This document shows, piece after piece, positions 12,340-25,094 of a stretch of 64,000 nt of DNA. The stretch's first letter is position 1. Each line of letters starts with the position of its first letter. The notes under the pieces are model-generated. The model was not told the origin of the DNA, did not search any database, and saw nothing but the letters and a program-made list of their open reading frames with translations. Origin of the DNA: Octopus bimaculoides (lineage: Eukaryota); the NCBI RefSeq assembly GCF_001194135.2, contig NC_068982.1, positions 38,566,821 to 38,630,820 on the forward strand, given 5' to 3'. Made by a program: the position numbers and the translations under genes.

Positions 12340-12834
12340 CCCCTCTCTCTATTACACTCTCCTTCCCTTTCTATCACTGCTTTTACAGCATTCATCCACC
12401 TACCTCTCTCTCTCTCTCTCACTTATCTCCCCCTCTCTAACATATCACTCTTTCTCTAACCTATCTCCATGACACTACCCCACTGACTTTTTCTGGTCCT
12501 TTCCCCACTTCTTCTTTGGTTCCTTTCACCAATGTATCTGGTTATTTTTCATGCACCCCTTCAAAAATAATCACCCTTATAACATGGGGTAATATTAAAT
12601 CCTTTCTACTCAACTCATTCCATTGTCATTATCATTCTGTCCCTCTCTCTATTTCACTAACAACCTCCCCCTCCCAACAAAGCTCTTTCCTTTCCATTCA
12701 TACCTGTTCATTTCCATTATTTTCCTTAACACTGTCTCTTCTGTTAGTCTTTCCACTACTACCAACTCACAACATTAAATTTGTCTCTCTGTTTGGATTT
12801 TATCTCTTCTCAATAATTTGCTTAAAATCATCAG

Positions 12835-12872
<38 letters not shown>
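12340..12872. repeat. Pyrimidine-rich low-complexity tract ending in (TC)n
   Basis: Strong C/T bias on the + strand. Comparable purine/pyrimidine-skewed blocks occur at 47400-47720, 56640-56900 and 59890-60250. Confidence 0.7.
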
Positions 12873-12873
<1 letters not shown>

Positions 12874-13694
12874 TTTATTCTTCATTGCTGACATAGAGGA
12901 TCTTTGGTCCTGCAAGTTATGAGATGACCTTAGAAGAACTTCACAAAAAGTACCAGCAATGAGAGGCTGATGAATCAAGCAGAGATAATGCAATGCTGAG
13001 AGGACTCTTTAATTTTGCTAAGAGAGAGAAAGACAATTTCTATAATGCTGCTATTGCAAAAAACTAGGGAGTGAAAGAAGGGGTACTTAGTCAGTACACT
13101 GTAAAAAGTGGTTACTGTTGGGAAGGGCATCCAGCTAAAGAAATCATGTACACACACACACATAACTACAGTATAAATAAAAATATATGTGTGTGGTGTG
13201 TGTGCTTAAATATATTAGTACTTAACATGGGTATATATGTATATTTGTTTACATATATACACACATACATAAATATATGCACACATATTCAATTGCTGTT
13301 TCAATGTCTGTTTTTTGCATGCTAGTATAGGTTAGACAAATGTATTATTCAGGCATTGTTTTACTGCCAGATGGTCATTACTAATCTTCACTTGTATTTC
13401 AAGTAAAGGATCTCTTTTTCCAACATCTTCTAGGACACAAAACCACTGGATGATCTGCTGACAAGGGAAATAACATCACCATCTGCTGTTTAGCTATTTT
13501 TATACAATCATAACTGAATCAGATGGAATTTTTTGAAGCAGATTTTCTGTCCAGATGCTCTTTCTTTCACCAATGCACACTTGTTTCCAAGCAAGGTTTC
13601 CTCATGATGGAACAAGCTTTCACTGAAGAGTGGAAATGAATGACATCATTTCTATGATGGTGACATCCATTTATAACTATCACACTAAGTCAAA

Positions 13695-14082
13695 ATTGTT
13701 GTTGGCACTCCGTTGCTTACAACATCGAGGGTTTCAGTTCATCTGATCAACGGAACACCCTGCTCGTGAAATTAACGTGCAAGTGGCTGAGCACTCCACA
13801 GACACGTGTACCCTTAACATAGTTCTTGGGGATATTCAGTGTGACACAGTGTGACAAGGCTGGCCCTTTGAAAGACAGGCACAACAGAAACAGGAAGAAA
13901 GAGTGAGAGAAAGTTGTGGTGAAAGAGTACAGCAGGGTTCGCCACCATTCCCTGCCAAAGTCTCGTGGAGCTTTAGGTGTTTTCGCTCAATAAACACTCA
14001 CAATGCCCGGTCTGGGAATCGAAATCGCGATCCTCTGATCGTGAGTCCGCTGCCCTAACCACTGGGCCATTGCGCCTCCACA
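13695..14082 (-). mobile_element. tRNA-derived SINE (OR1/OR2-like) nested in a family C repeat, with 14-bp flanking direct repeat
   Basis: Minus head GTGGAGGCGCAATGGCCCAGTGGTTAGGGCAGCGGACTCAC...GATTTCGATTCCCAGACC. CACACTAAGTCAAA at 13681-13694 and 14079-14092; (AAC)-type tail. Confidence 0.9.
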
Positions 14083-14334
14083 CTAAGTCAAAGTATGAAA
14101 GCACAAACACACACACATATACATTGATGAGAAATGAGCCACACAACTATGCTCTCTTCCTCTCTCTCTCTCTCTGGCTGGGTAACCATGTACCTCCTCT
14201 ACAGCAAGACATCTGTTTCTGCCTCTGACTTTCTATCACATTCTATCCTTTCATCATCTGACACAAGATCATCTCCTCCAATGCCACCACCCCCTCTCAA
14301 AGATTCCTTGTCGTGCAAATTACTTGGTGACCCT

Positions 14335-14600
14335 ACTAGTGCTGGTGCCATGTAAAAAGCACCCAGTCCACACTGTAAAGTGGTTGGCATTTGGAAGGGT
14401 ATCCAGCTGTAAAAACCATGCCAAAACTAACCTCACCTATGCTGGTGCCACGTAAAAAGCACCCAGTCCACTCTGTGGGGTGGTTGGTGTTAGGAAGGAC
14501 ATCCAACCATAAAAACCATGCAGAAGTCTGGTGCAGTCTTCTGTCAAACCGTCTAACCTATGCTAGCATGGAAGGTGGACGTTAAACAAGGATGATCATC
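14335..14600 (+). mobile_element. RTE-tail repeat with internal 100-bp tandem duplication
   Basis: GCTGGTGCCA(T/C)GTAAAAAGCACCCAGTCCAC at 14341 and 14441; tail GCTAGCATGGAAGGTGGACGTTAAAC. Confidence 0.85.
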
Positions 14601-15519
14601 ATCATCACCATCATGATCAACATCGTTTTAATATCTACTTCTCCATTCTTCCATGGGTCCAATGTGATTTTAACAGCTGGAGGCCATTCCTGAACGAGAA
14701 AAAAAAAAAAAAAACTCACACACTCACCCATTTCCAAATACAGTGATAATTGCCAAGTCTATCAAATAGCAAATCCTCACATGCCTTCACAGAAGATAGA
14801 AAACAGATAACACTATTTGCATGAATGGTGAGACTTCTATTTACAATTAACTGCAAATAATATATGTATAAATGTCTTATGTTTACAATCAGTGCACACA
14901 TCAATAAGAATATGTACTCACTCACACATGCACATACACACACACACATATATATAGATAGAGAAAGAGAGAACAGGCTTCCTCTAGTTTCCTTCTATTC
15001 ACTCATTTTACTCATGAGGTCAATCAACATAGTGGGTTCAAACTGCAAGCCAAACGGTTTTGAAGAGAACTTTTTAACTATACAGCCATGCTTGTACCTA
15101 CACCATACCTATCACTAGTGTGTGCACTGGATATCTTTTAGTTTCCATCCACAAAATCCACTCACAAGGCTTTTTGGTCAGGTTTATGTTACAGAAGAAG
15201 GCACTTGCCCAAAGTGTCATGCAGTGGGATTGAACTTGACCCACATGATTGGAAAACAAACTTTTTAACCACACACCCATGCATTGCCAATGTGTATATA
15301 TATGTGTATATATACACACATACCCAAGCACAGGTGTACTCTACTATAGCTGTGGACTGTCCAATACCATGTAAGTGAAGTTGGAGTATGGAACCTGAAG
15401 AAACCTTTATATTGCAAGTACTCTTTCTTTTTCTAACTTATGAAACCTCCTTAGATAACTGTATATATATATATATATATGTTTGTTTGCACACACACAC
15501 ATACACACACACGTCTGCT

Positions 15520-16020
15520 AATTACATCGCCAAGGTAACAAAAGCTACCAGTTATTTCCAGTAAGCCATTCAGGCATTTAAGAGAATCTGTTTCCGATGT
15601 ACCCACAGCACATTCTGCTCCAGTGCATCTATCGCATATGCAGTTTATATTCTTTGTTTGCCTCTGATTTTACGTCTCTTTTGTGTCTATAGCTTACAAT
15701 GGGTACAGTGTATGGAGTTTATATCATGACATTTACTGCATGTCAAGCAATGCCATTTCCCATGAGGATACCAGGGTCTGTCTTCTTCCCTCATTAAAAC
15801 CTTAATCTTTGCTAAGTTTGTTTTAAGACTTCTGGAGTCTAGATTTAGAACTATGAGAACTAAATCATTAGTATATAGGGGTTCCCATAGACGACCAGTC
15901 ATAACTCGTCTGTGATGGTCTGTAAGACAATGATGAACAAGAGGACTGAGGACTAAGCCTTGGGGCTCAGACTCAAGATACCATGAAGGTAGGGACTCCT
16001 GCCATTATGCTAAATTTATC
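15520..16020 (-). mobile_element. Decayed RTE LINE RT fragment
   Basis: Minus translation RLWEPLYTNDLVLI, SRSLKTNLAKIKVL, GKWHCLTCSK...SIHCTHCKL, homologous to 49440-49700. Confidence 0.8.
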
Positions 16021-16353
16021 ACTGAAGTCATTGTTTACTCATTTTACTAACTACATCTTTGTACATAGCTTACACACACACACACATTCATATATATGCA
16101 TATATATACATTCATATATACATATATATTACATGCGTGTGTAGATGTATGTGAACACACACACACTGTTGATGTCATAAGATTTTTATAAATTTTCGAG
16201 AGAACATGAAATAATTCTTTTATAAAATAGTGGTTCTCAAGGCTCACATAAAGCTATAAATAACAGCATGTAGATATTGGGTTGAAAATCCCTTTTCGAT
16301 ACGGAGTCAAATTATTACACATACATATAAACATGTATGCATACATACACATG

Positions 16354-16396
<43 letters not shown>

Positions 16397-18619
16397 GCCC
16401 ACACACACGTACATACATACAGGTGGAAAATTCCCAATAAATCTACTGAGAACAAACATATCGAACTTGATATAGTTATCTGAGACACAAGAGAAAATAC
16501 ATGAAAAGATATGGGATAGCTGTCCGACAGATGTAAACATCTTTTCCAAAATCTGTAAGAGAATATCGATGAAGAACTGTTCCGAAACCTGCAGCTCCTC
16601 AACTCTGATTATAAATTCCCATTTATAGCAATAATCATTGATTAAATTAGTTATGCAAGTAAATATCTTTAGTGACAATATGGAAAAGCTAAGATTTTTG
16701 GGGAAAGTGACCGGTTAACATGAACTTTAAATAACAATCAATAAAATATGCAAGCCTTTCTGAAAGTTCAATATTTAACAATTATTATTGTTGATATCCA
16801 AAATCCAGTGATGAAATTTTTTTTTTTTTTTCGTTTGTTTGTTGGAAACCAGTACTCTTTCCCTTTAAGTAATAAATTAGTCAAACGCCTACATGCCTGC
16901 ATGCACGTATGTATGTATATATGTATGTATGCATGTATGTATGCATGTATGTATGTATGCATGCATGTATGTTTGCATGCATGTATGTATGCATATATGT
17001 ATGTATGTGTACTTATTAACAAACGCAAATATTGATATTCATATATGAATGACAAGGTTCAAAACACATTATATAACACTTTTGCATTGAAGCAAAATAT
17101 TATGCACACTCACACACACGTGTGTGTGAGTGTGTTGTTTGACAAACTCACTGATAAATCAGCTGCAGAGAAAACGTTGAAGTCACTGTCAACAGTAACT
17201 TAAAAAAGTGTTTAATTCAGGATTTCGTATCGAGTCGTTTTTCATTGCAACGTTGGTGTACACTTTCGTACATGCGCACACATACACTTTATTATATATG
17301 TATATATGCATATACATGCACATACACCCACATATATACAGCTGTGTGTGTGTGTATGTATTATGTATATTTATGTATTTATATATGTACATATGTGTAC
17401 GTATGTATGTTTATGTGTGTATTTTGCGTGTTGCGTGTCTGTATATTTGTCTATGTGTATCTTCCCATTGACACTGCAGTGCTGAATACGCCCGTACTAT
17501 TATGAGTGTAATAGTAAAAATTTAACGACACCTCGTCCAACCTGTCAGCATGGAAAAAACACTAAGGTGGATGGTGACACATTCATACGTGCGTGTATGC
17601 ATGCATGCATACGTGCATGCATGCATGCATGCATACATACATACATACAAGCATGCATGCACATATGGATATACATTTGCATGTATACGCACACTCATAT
17701 ATACAACTCGATTTAACCATTAATCCGAAGTATAGACAGTAGCAGGGAGGAGAGCTTCTGCTAGGCGATTCTAGAGGTAGTGAATATAGGAAAGGTAGCT
17801 AAATATGAGTTAGAGGCAAGCATAGAAATAAATCGTCTTGGACTAGACATGAGCTGTCCTTCGGTATGGCATAACATCCGACAGCTACTTGACCTAGCGT
17901 TACAAGTAAAGCCATAGAAAACAGTGTGGTGGATGTGTCAGACGTTACTAGCTAAAGTAAACTCTGTGAGGTCAATGATCAGATTCACCAAGTTCCTAAA
18001 GTGCATTGCTGCTAACAGCTATAAACCCGGTAACCATGCACGAGTGATTATAAAAGGGTGAGGGAGGTGGACTGCCTCGTCAGATACTTTATATATGTAT
18101 GTATCATTTTGTGCTGTTCAGGTTGGAGGTAGGTGTAGAGTTTGTCCCAGGTGGTATAAACTCAAGTTACGTCAGTGCAACGATGGACGTTAAATTTCAA
18201 AACCCAAGCAAGCTCGCGACCAGACCATCTTTATTTGTGATCGATGAAAGCATAATAGCATAGAGGAACATAAATACAAACATATACTCATGCAAAAATA
18301 TGCGTTTATATTATAAACACGAGAAACATAAACACTTTCACATTAACATATGCGCATGTTCTTCCATCTATCATTCCGTCAGTATGTACAAATGTAACTA
18401 CATACATATATTGTATATACACACCTATACAAACACAATATGCAAAGGGAAACTATTCTGTTATCAAAATCATCTTACGAGAAAGGATTCCAAAATAATA
18501 AATTACTTTAAAATAGCTGTTACATATGTGAAAGATAGGCGTGAGTATGCTCGTGCTTTATTTGACATTCTGTTTTAATTAATAACGAAATAAAGGTAAT
18601 CAGATGAAAAGTAACTTAC

Positions 18620-18694
18620 CTCGTGAATCAACTTGTGTTGTTTAATCATGGTAAAGATCCCGTTTCCGAAAAACAAAGTTACAAATGGCTTCAT
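18620..18694 (-). CDS. Candidate first coding exon of a minus-strand gene (MKPFVTLFFGNGIFTMIKQHKLIHE; second ATG at 18649 in ACCATG context)
   Basis: Perfect donor GAG|GTAAGT (18619-18614), open frame, unique non-repeat CpG-retaining sequence next to a promoter-like patch. Product not recognised. Confidence 0.45.
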
Positions 18695-18800
18695 AAGGTT
18701 AAGCTGCCGCAATGTTTATGTAGATAGAGGCCCATACGTAATCGCTACCGATTTACGTAGGCAGCCATTCACGTAGGTAAAAGACGTACGTTCCTAGCTC
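18660..18800. promoter_or_regulatory. CpG/ACGT-rich putative bidirectional promoter
   Basis: Local CpG enrichment in a CpG-poor window; five ACGT cores (18736, 18755, 18771, 18784, 18788); YY1-like AAATGGC and GCAGCCATT. Minus donor at 18619 and plus donor AG|GTAAAAG at 18777 point away from each other. Confidence 0.45.
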
Positions 18801-19830
18801 ACCTATCTACTTACCAACCTACCTATAAATAGACACTTGCCACTTCTCTCTCTCTCCCTCGCTTGATTCCTTTACAAAAGGATATTCCAGTCACAATACC
18901 AACATTGCTGACATTTCTCTGTATCTCACCCTCCACCAATGCCATTAGCTTCGCTTATGAGGACTTCTTGAGGTCGAGGAGATGTTTCCAAAATAATGAG
19001 CCAACCTTAAAAATGTAAATAAATAAATATTACTCCGTTACATATATGTGAGAAAATCTTGCTGAAAATGAGAAGATAAATTTTGTTATAATTTATTTAA
19101 TTCTAAAATTCCTAGAAGGGATATTTTGTTTCTATAAAATTAAATATAAAAGAACAAATTTAACTATCTTAATACGTACAATAACTGTCCACTTATCTTC
19201 TCTGCAAATACTTTATCGAAATAAGCTTAGGGACTACCATGTCCTGTAAATCCAGTGGCTAGCATCCTTCATTTTTTAAGCTGACACTCAATTTAACTTA
19301 CTTAGGAGTAATGTTATAAGTAATTAGACTAGGAGAGATTGCTTTTCGGAATTTAAAGATTGGAAATGTCTATGGAAAATTTTACAACACTTCTAGCGGT
19401 TTACCATAACGCGGGTCTTCAGACTGCCTTAGTTAAACGACTACTGTTATCCGTTGAGAGTACTAATTTAACCCTTCCTTATTTGTCTGTTCTCACACTC
19501 CAGTAGAGCTACTGTTGGCTATTATTAGATCATCGCTTCCAAAATAAGACCAAACTAGCTTACACTTGTTATATGTATTCACTCTCTAGTTGAGGAATTC
19601 CCCAGCAGACTGCACAAGCATCAACTTTCTCTGTAATAGCTTCTAATCTTCTATTCTTATATATCTATAACTCATTTTTAAAACTGCAAAGCTGATGAAA
19701 GAGATCTCAACTAATCTAGCTATGGATTAAAAGGTATTTACGAAACCCCAAGATCAGGAAAACAATTAAGAGTAATTTTCTTCTTAAATCTACTTATTGA
19801 CCAATAACCGAGCATTCATTTACCTTACAG

Positions 19831-19890
19831 ATAGTGTGCTCATTCAGCAATTATTTGTTGCTCTGGTGACAAGAAGTTTCTGGTTTCGAA
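19831..19890 (+). other. Candidate 60-nt exon (5' UTR, or phase 1-1 coding xSVLIQQLFVALVTRSFWFR)
   Basis: Acceptor TTCATTTACCTTACAG, donor AA|GTGAGT, no ATG. Confidence 0.45.
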
Positions 19891-20534
19891 GTGAGTTAAC
19901 TGGCACTGTATTTTCCAAATCAATGAAAAAGTGAAGTAATTTTTATTTTTCATCGTAAGAAAGAAAAAAGTTACTTAATGTGAGATCTGACCTCATATTC
20001 TAATTAGGTTAAAGGGGAAGTGATAAATTTGATCTACTTGAATTGATAATATAAATCAAAGGAATATGTTTAAGTTACTAACAAGAATGTAGAAAGTGAG
20101 TGAGCATTAGATAGTTGTAATGTCTCAGATGTTACTGTCATGTGATAACAATCAATGCGAAAATTGAAGATAAAAAACACAAAATACAAGATAAACAGGT
20201 TGTAAAAGTATCTTGAGCTTATAAATGATGACGAGAGATTGACAAAATGAAATAAATAAATGAAGAAGAAATAAACCTAAAGAAATTCTCCAAACTTAAC
20301 AGTGTTGTAGTTAACAAAAGAGTAGTTAATGATGGGACAAAGTAGAAAATCATTTTGCATATCAGTATGAAGATAAGAAATAGACAAGTGAAAAACAATA
20401 ACAATTATAGAAAGAAATTTAATAAAATTGTATTCAAATTTAAGTCAAGTCACAGTTGCTGTAAATGCCAGCTTCATAAGCAGTCACTTATATTTCACAG
20501 ATTAAAGTAACACATGTTAATATTACTTAATAAA

Positions 20535-20755
20535 AAATGGGCAGCGAGCTGGCAGAGCTGATAGCTTGCCGGAAAAAAATGCCACTAAACATTTTGTCCG
20601 TCTGTACATTTTGAGTTCAAATTCCACAGAGGTTGACTTTACTTTTAATTATTTTGGGCTTGATAAAATAAGTACCCGTTGAATACTGGTGTCAATATAA
20701 TTGATTTACTTCTGCCCCTGAAATTGCCGGCCTTGTGACAAAACTTGAAATGAAA
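20535..20755 (+). mobile_element. Nin-like SINE (family D)
   Basis: GGCAGCGAGCTGGCAGAG...TGAGTTCAAATTCCACAGAGGTTGACTTT...GATAAAATAAGTACC...GGCCTTGTGACAAAA. Confidence 0.75.
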
Positions 20756-21246
20756 GTTACTTAAAAAAATGCTTATATTTTAACTGATTTATTTATTAGT
20801 GTAGCTGCTTCTTAATTGTTATTTTATCTTCCTTTCATTTGTGATTTTGCTTCCATGTTCAGCTATACTTGGCTTTTCATTAATCTACATTAATTGTCAG
20901 ATTTGGAATCTTTACAGGTAGTTAGCAGGCAACTTATATAAGTTATGTGTTGTATTTGCATGAGTATGTAAAAGTGTATGCACGTTTATGCTTTATGCAG
21001 GTATGTATTCACACACACACACACACACATACACATGCATACACATACACATACATATATACATACATACATGCATGCATGTATGTATGCATGTATTCAT
21101 TGGTTTCAATCTTTAGATTGTGGCCATGCTGGGGCACTCAACACAGATTAGAGTGGATGTCAGCCAGGGTATTTCCTATGCTGAAGTGAAACATGAGCAA
21201 TGCATTGATCCTGGCAGCATGAAAAAGTGAGCATAAACTGAAAAGG

Positions 21247-21293
<47 letters not shown>

Positions 21294-21344
21294 ACACACA
21301 CACACACTCACACACACACGCACACACACACATACACACACATA

Positions 21345-21772
21345 AGTTCAGGTATGGCTGAGTAGCTATGAAGTTTGCTTTCCAACCATACCAACCATAT
21401 GATCTTTGGTTCAGTCCCACTGTGTGGCACCTTCTATTATAGCCCTGGGCCAACCAAAACCTTGTGAGTGGATTTAGTAGACAGAAACTGAAAGAAGCCC
21501 ATTGTGTGTGAATATATATATGTGAGTATGCATGTGTGTGTGTGTGAGAGTCTATAGTCTGTGNNNNNNNNNNNNNNNNNNNNNNNNNNNNNNNNNNNNN
21601 NNNNNNNNNNNNNNNNNNNNNNNNNNNNNNNNNNNNNNNNNNNNNNNNNNNNNCTGGGCCAACCAAAACCTTGTGAGTGGATTTAGTAGACAGAAACTGA
21701 AAGAAGCCCATTGTGTGTGAATATATATATGTGAGTATGCATGTGTGTGTGTGTGAGAGTCTATAGTCTGTG
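21345..21772 (+). mobile_element. Family A SINE split by an N gap (21564-21653), with an identical 119-bp segment on both sides
   Basis: 21445-21563 is repeated at 21654-21772. Confidence 0.85.
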
Positions 21773-21984
21773 TATTGTATGTTTACGTGTGTGTGTATGT
21801 ATGTTTTTGTGTGCATCTTTGTCTAGATATCATGTGATGGCTGTAAATGGTTGCCAGTGTCATACAAACGAGGTTGTTTGTTTCTAGTCTTCTGTGAAAA
21901 ACATGTCTAACTATGGGGAAATATTACTTTGCTTGGAAACAGGTGACAGGAAGAATGTCATCCAGCTGTAGAAAGTCTGCCCCA

Positions 21985-23110
21985 ATCATCATCATCATCA
22001 TCATCATCATCATTTAATGTCCTTTGTCCATGCTGGCATGAGTTGGACGGTTTGACTGGGCTGGAATGTTGGAAGGCTGTGCCAGGATCCAGTCTTATTT
22101 GGCTTGGTTTTCTATGGCTGGATGCCCTTCCTAATGTCAACCACTCTAAGAATGTAATGTGTGCTTTTGCATACCACTGGCATGGGTGCCATTTTCGTGA
22201 CACCAGTATCTGCCATGACTGTGATTTTGCTCAGCTTGATGGGTCCTCCTCAAGCATGACATAATGCCAAAGGTCTCAGCCATGAGGCCCAATGCTCAAA
22301 GGAACTCAGCCACTTCATTTCCATGAGGCCTATTCAAGAGGAACTCAGCCACCTCGCCTCTGTGAGGCCCAACACTTGAAAGGAACTCAGCCACTTTACC
22401 TCCATGTGGCCTAGGGGCTCAGTCACTTTGCCACCATGAGGCTCAGTGCTCAAAAGGAACTCAGCCACCTTGCCTCTGTAAGGCCCACCACTTGAATGGA
22501 ACTCAGCCACTTTGCCTCCATGAGGCCCAGTGCTCAAAAAGAACTCAGTCATTTTGCCTCCATGAGGCCCAATGTTCAAAGGTTGACTTTTTCTTTACGT
22601 GCTCCCAGCATCGGTTCACTTGGCTTGATGGGTTCTCCTAAGCAGAGCACATCACCAAAAGTCTCAGTCACTAGTCATTGCCTCTGTGAGGCTCAAAGTT
22701 CAAAGGTCATGCTTCACCACCTCATCCCATGTCTTCCTGGGTCTACCTCTACCACAGGTCCTCTCTACAGTTAAAAGTCAGCTCTTCTTTACACAGCTGT
22801 CCTCATCCATATGCATCACATGAACATACCAATGCAGTTGTCTCTCTTGCACACCACACCTGATTCCTCTTATGCCTAACTTTTCTCTCAAGATGCTTAC
22901 ACTCTGTCAAACATGCACACTGACATTGCACATCCAGCAAAGCATACTGGCTTCATTTCTCTCAAGCCACGCATGTCCTCAACTGTCATAGCCCATGTTT
23001 CACTGCAATGCAGCATAGCTGTTCACCACTGGCATCAAACAATTGTTGCCTGCAGGAGTAAGAGGTCTCTGAACTTTGCCTAGCCTAATCTTATTCTCAT
23101 AGTATGCTCT
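21985..23110 (-). mobile_element. RTE LINE 3' fragment including ORF2 C-terminus, 3' minisatellite and (GAT)n tail
   Basis: Minus translation LREKLGIRGIRCGVQERQLHWYVHVMHMDEDSCVKK...GRPRKTWDEVVKHDL; tail (ATC)n on + at 21985-22012. Confidence 0.85.
22278..22582. repeat. About 42-bp minisatellite, about 7 units, inside the RTE 3' region
   Basis: GGAACTCAGCCAC-type cores at about 22301, 22340, 22382, 22416, 22456, 22498 and 22540. Confidence 0.9.
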
Positions 23111-23419
23111 TGGAACAACCACCTCCTCTACAAACCTGGTTGTCTAGATTCCAGAAGCTATCTACTACCTTTAGCTTACCCCCCTGCCAGTTGATGGAGT
23201 CTATTTTCTGCACTTGTTCAGCATTTATTATGCCTGTGCATCTTCCACATATAAAAGTTAGTTTCTCTGTTAATCTTCCTTTGATGTTGCTGCAAATTTT
23301 GTGTCCAAAGCTTACATTGGGTGAATCTTATGAAGTTTCTACCTACACCTGGGAAAGAATAATTAGACAAGTTTTATGCACAAGAAGAAAAAGTCTTGGA
23401 AAAAGTATGACATGAAGTT

Positions 23420-25085
23420 GTTGAGTGAGGACAATATCTGGGAGAGAGAAAATCTGCTTTAGGTGGACCCGGCAGAGAGAGACCAGACACTGAGGTTGAC
23501 AGTTGTAGAATTGAAAGTGCAATTATTTGCAGTTATATTTGACCATCATGGGTATCACTGAGATGTATGACTATCAGTTGTTACAAGGGTAAAAGAAATG
23601 CTCTGAAAAGGAGCAACAACAGAAGAATCAGACAGATAGAGCTAGCTTTGAATGTAATTGAATTATAGAAGAATTGATTTGAAAGAGAAGTAGCTTAGAT
23701 GAGATGCAGTTTATGTTTGTACCAGAATGGGGTGCTACTGATGACTTTCTTAATGAGACAACGGTAGAAGTTCTAATATAAGAGTAAGCTACTGTATTTA
23801 GAATTTGTTGATGGAGAAAGCCGTTGACAGTACCCCAGGCATATTGTCATGTAGTCACAAAGAATACTAGGTGTTGATGTGCTTGCAATAATGTACAGAG
23901 ATGCCATCATCAAAGTGAGAGTTAGCAATGAGTTAATCAAGGAATTTAGAGCACTGGTAGGTGTTCATTAGCTCACAGTTGTTCTCTTTTCCCTAGTGTT
24001 TATTATAGTTATTCAGGCTGTAACAGAAGAGTTTATGGCCAGCTGTCTGTGGAAACGCCTATGTGGTGATGACCTATTCTCAAAGTTAGATAAAATTGTC
24101 ATATTTTGAAAGAAGAATTTTTGAACACAGAAACAAGTCTAGTATTGAAAAGCCTCAAAGTTAACTTAGAAAAACAAAAGATTTAGTTTACAGAAAAGAA
24201 GATAGGACTCTACAGACTACCATCAGAGAGGTGGCCATAACTAATTTTCAACAAGGTTCCACACAGTGTGACTGAACTAAAAACCACATGGTTGGAAAGC
24301 AAACTTTATAGCTACACAGCCATGCCTGAACTTATATATGTGTGTGTGTGCTAACTATGACTGCTCAAGAGATGCAGTAGGATCATGTTGACAGATGTGC
24401 AGGAGTAAATTAGGTGCAAGGGTAAATTAGGGGTAAATAGGGGCATTCATGAAATGAATTCTTTTAAATGCTTGAAAGGCTCCTTAGAAGTAGTTGATAG
24501 CTTCTGTTACCCAGGTGATCTAATTAATATAGATTGTATTTTGGAATTATGGCAGCCAGAGTAAGAACAGGGTAGGAAAAGTTCACAGCGCTATTACTCC
24601 TACTGACAGCAAGTAAGTTCACTTTTCAAGTGAAGGGCAAATTATATAATGTTTATATATGAAGTGCAATATTGTATAGGAGTGAAACAGACAAGGAATG
24701 TGTAGGATGTGCAATTGATGGAAAGAAATGAAGCAAACATGATACACTGAATGTGTAACATTTGTGTACATGAGCATATGGATGAGCTAAGAGAAAAGCT
24801 GGATAGCAGAGAAATGAAATGTAGCATGAAAGACAGAAGACTGTGCTGATACAAACATGAAGCATATGCAAGATATCAGATGGGTAAAGATATGACAAGC
24901 AAGAGTATACAGCAAATCACCCAGTACATTCTGTATAATAGTTGGCCTTAGGAAGGGCATCCAGCTGTAGAAACCGTACCAAAGTGGATATCAGACCTCA
25001 GTGCAGTCCTCTGGTTCACTGATTCCTATCAAGCCATACAGTCCATGCTAGCATGGAAAACAGATGTTAAATAGTGATGATGATT
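23420..25085 (+). mobile_element. Heavily decayed RTE LINE (RT to tail) with a nested family A SINE fragment at about 24245-24330
   Basis: CYKGK.NAL.RSN, LDEMQF.FVP, LYLEFVD...AVD motifs; ends in the AGGAAGGGCATCCAGCTGTAGAAAC tail. Confidence 0.7.
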
Positions 25086-25094
25086 ATATATACA

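Noticed and set aside
14728-14850. Minus-strand exon-like segment with strong TGG|GTGAGT donor (LIVNRSLT...IWKW)
   Set aside because: The sequence is a diverged copy of repeat family C, whose consensus contains the CAGGTGAG-type donor-like motif.
16421-16588. 168-bp in-phase minus exon (VSEQFFIDILL...GNFPP) that could follow the 18620 exon
   Set aside because: No polypyrimidine tract at the acceptor, and the GTATGT donor is supplied by a (TATG)n microsatellite. The + strand start TACAGGTGG resembles a Tc1-type end.
16565-16600. Hammerhead-like string TCGATGA-AGAACTGTTCC-GAAAC-CTGCAG-CTC
   Set aside because: Core is UCGAUGA rather than CUGANGA, stem III has a mismatch and no stem I pairing is found.
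22278-22582. Regularly spaced repeats superficially like a CRISPR array (also 25100-25410)
   Set aside because: Head-to-tail degenerate tandem units without unique spacers, inside retroposon 3' regions, with no cas genes in a eukaryotic context.
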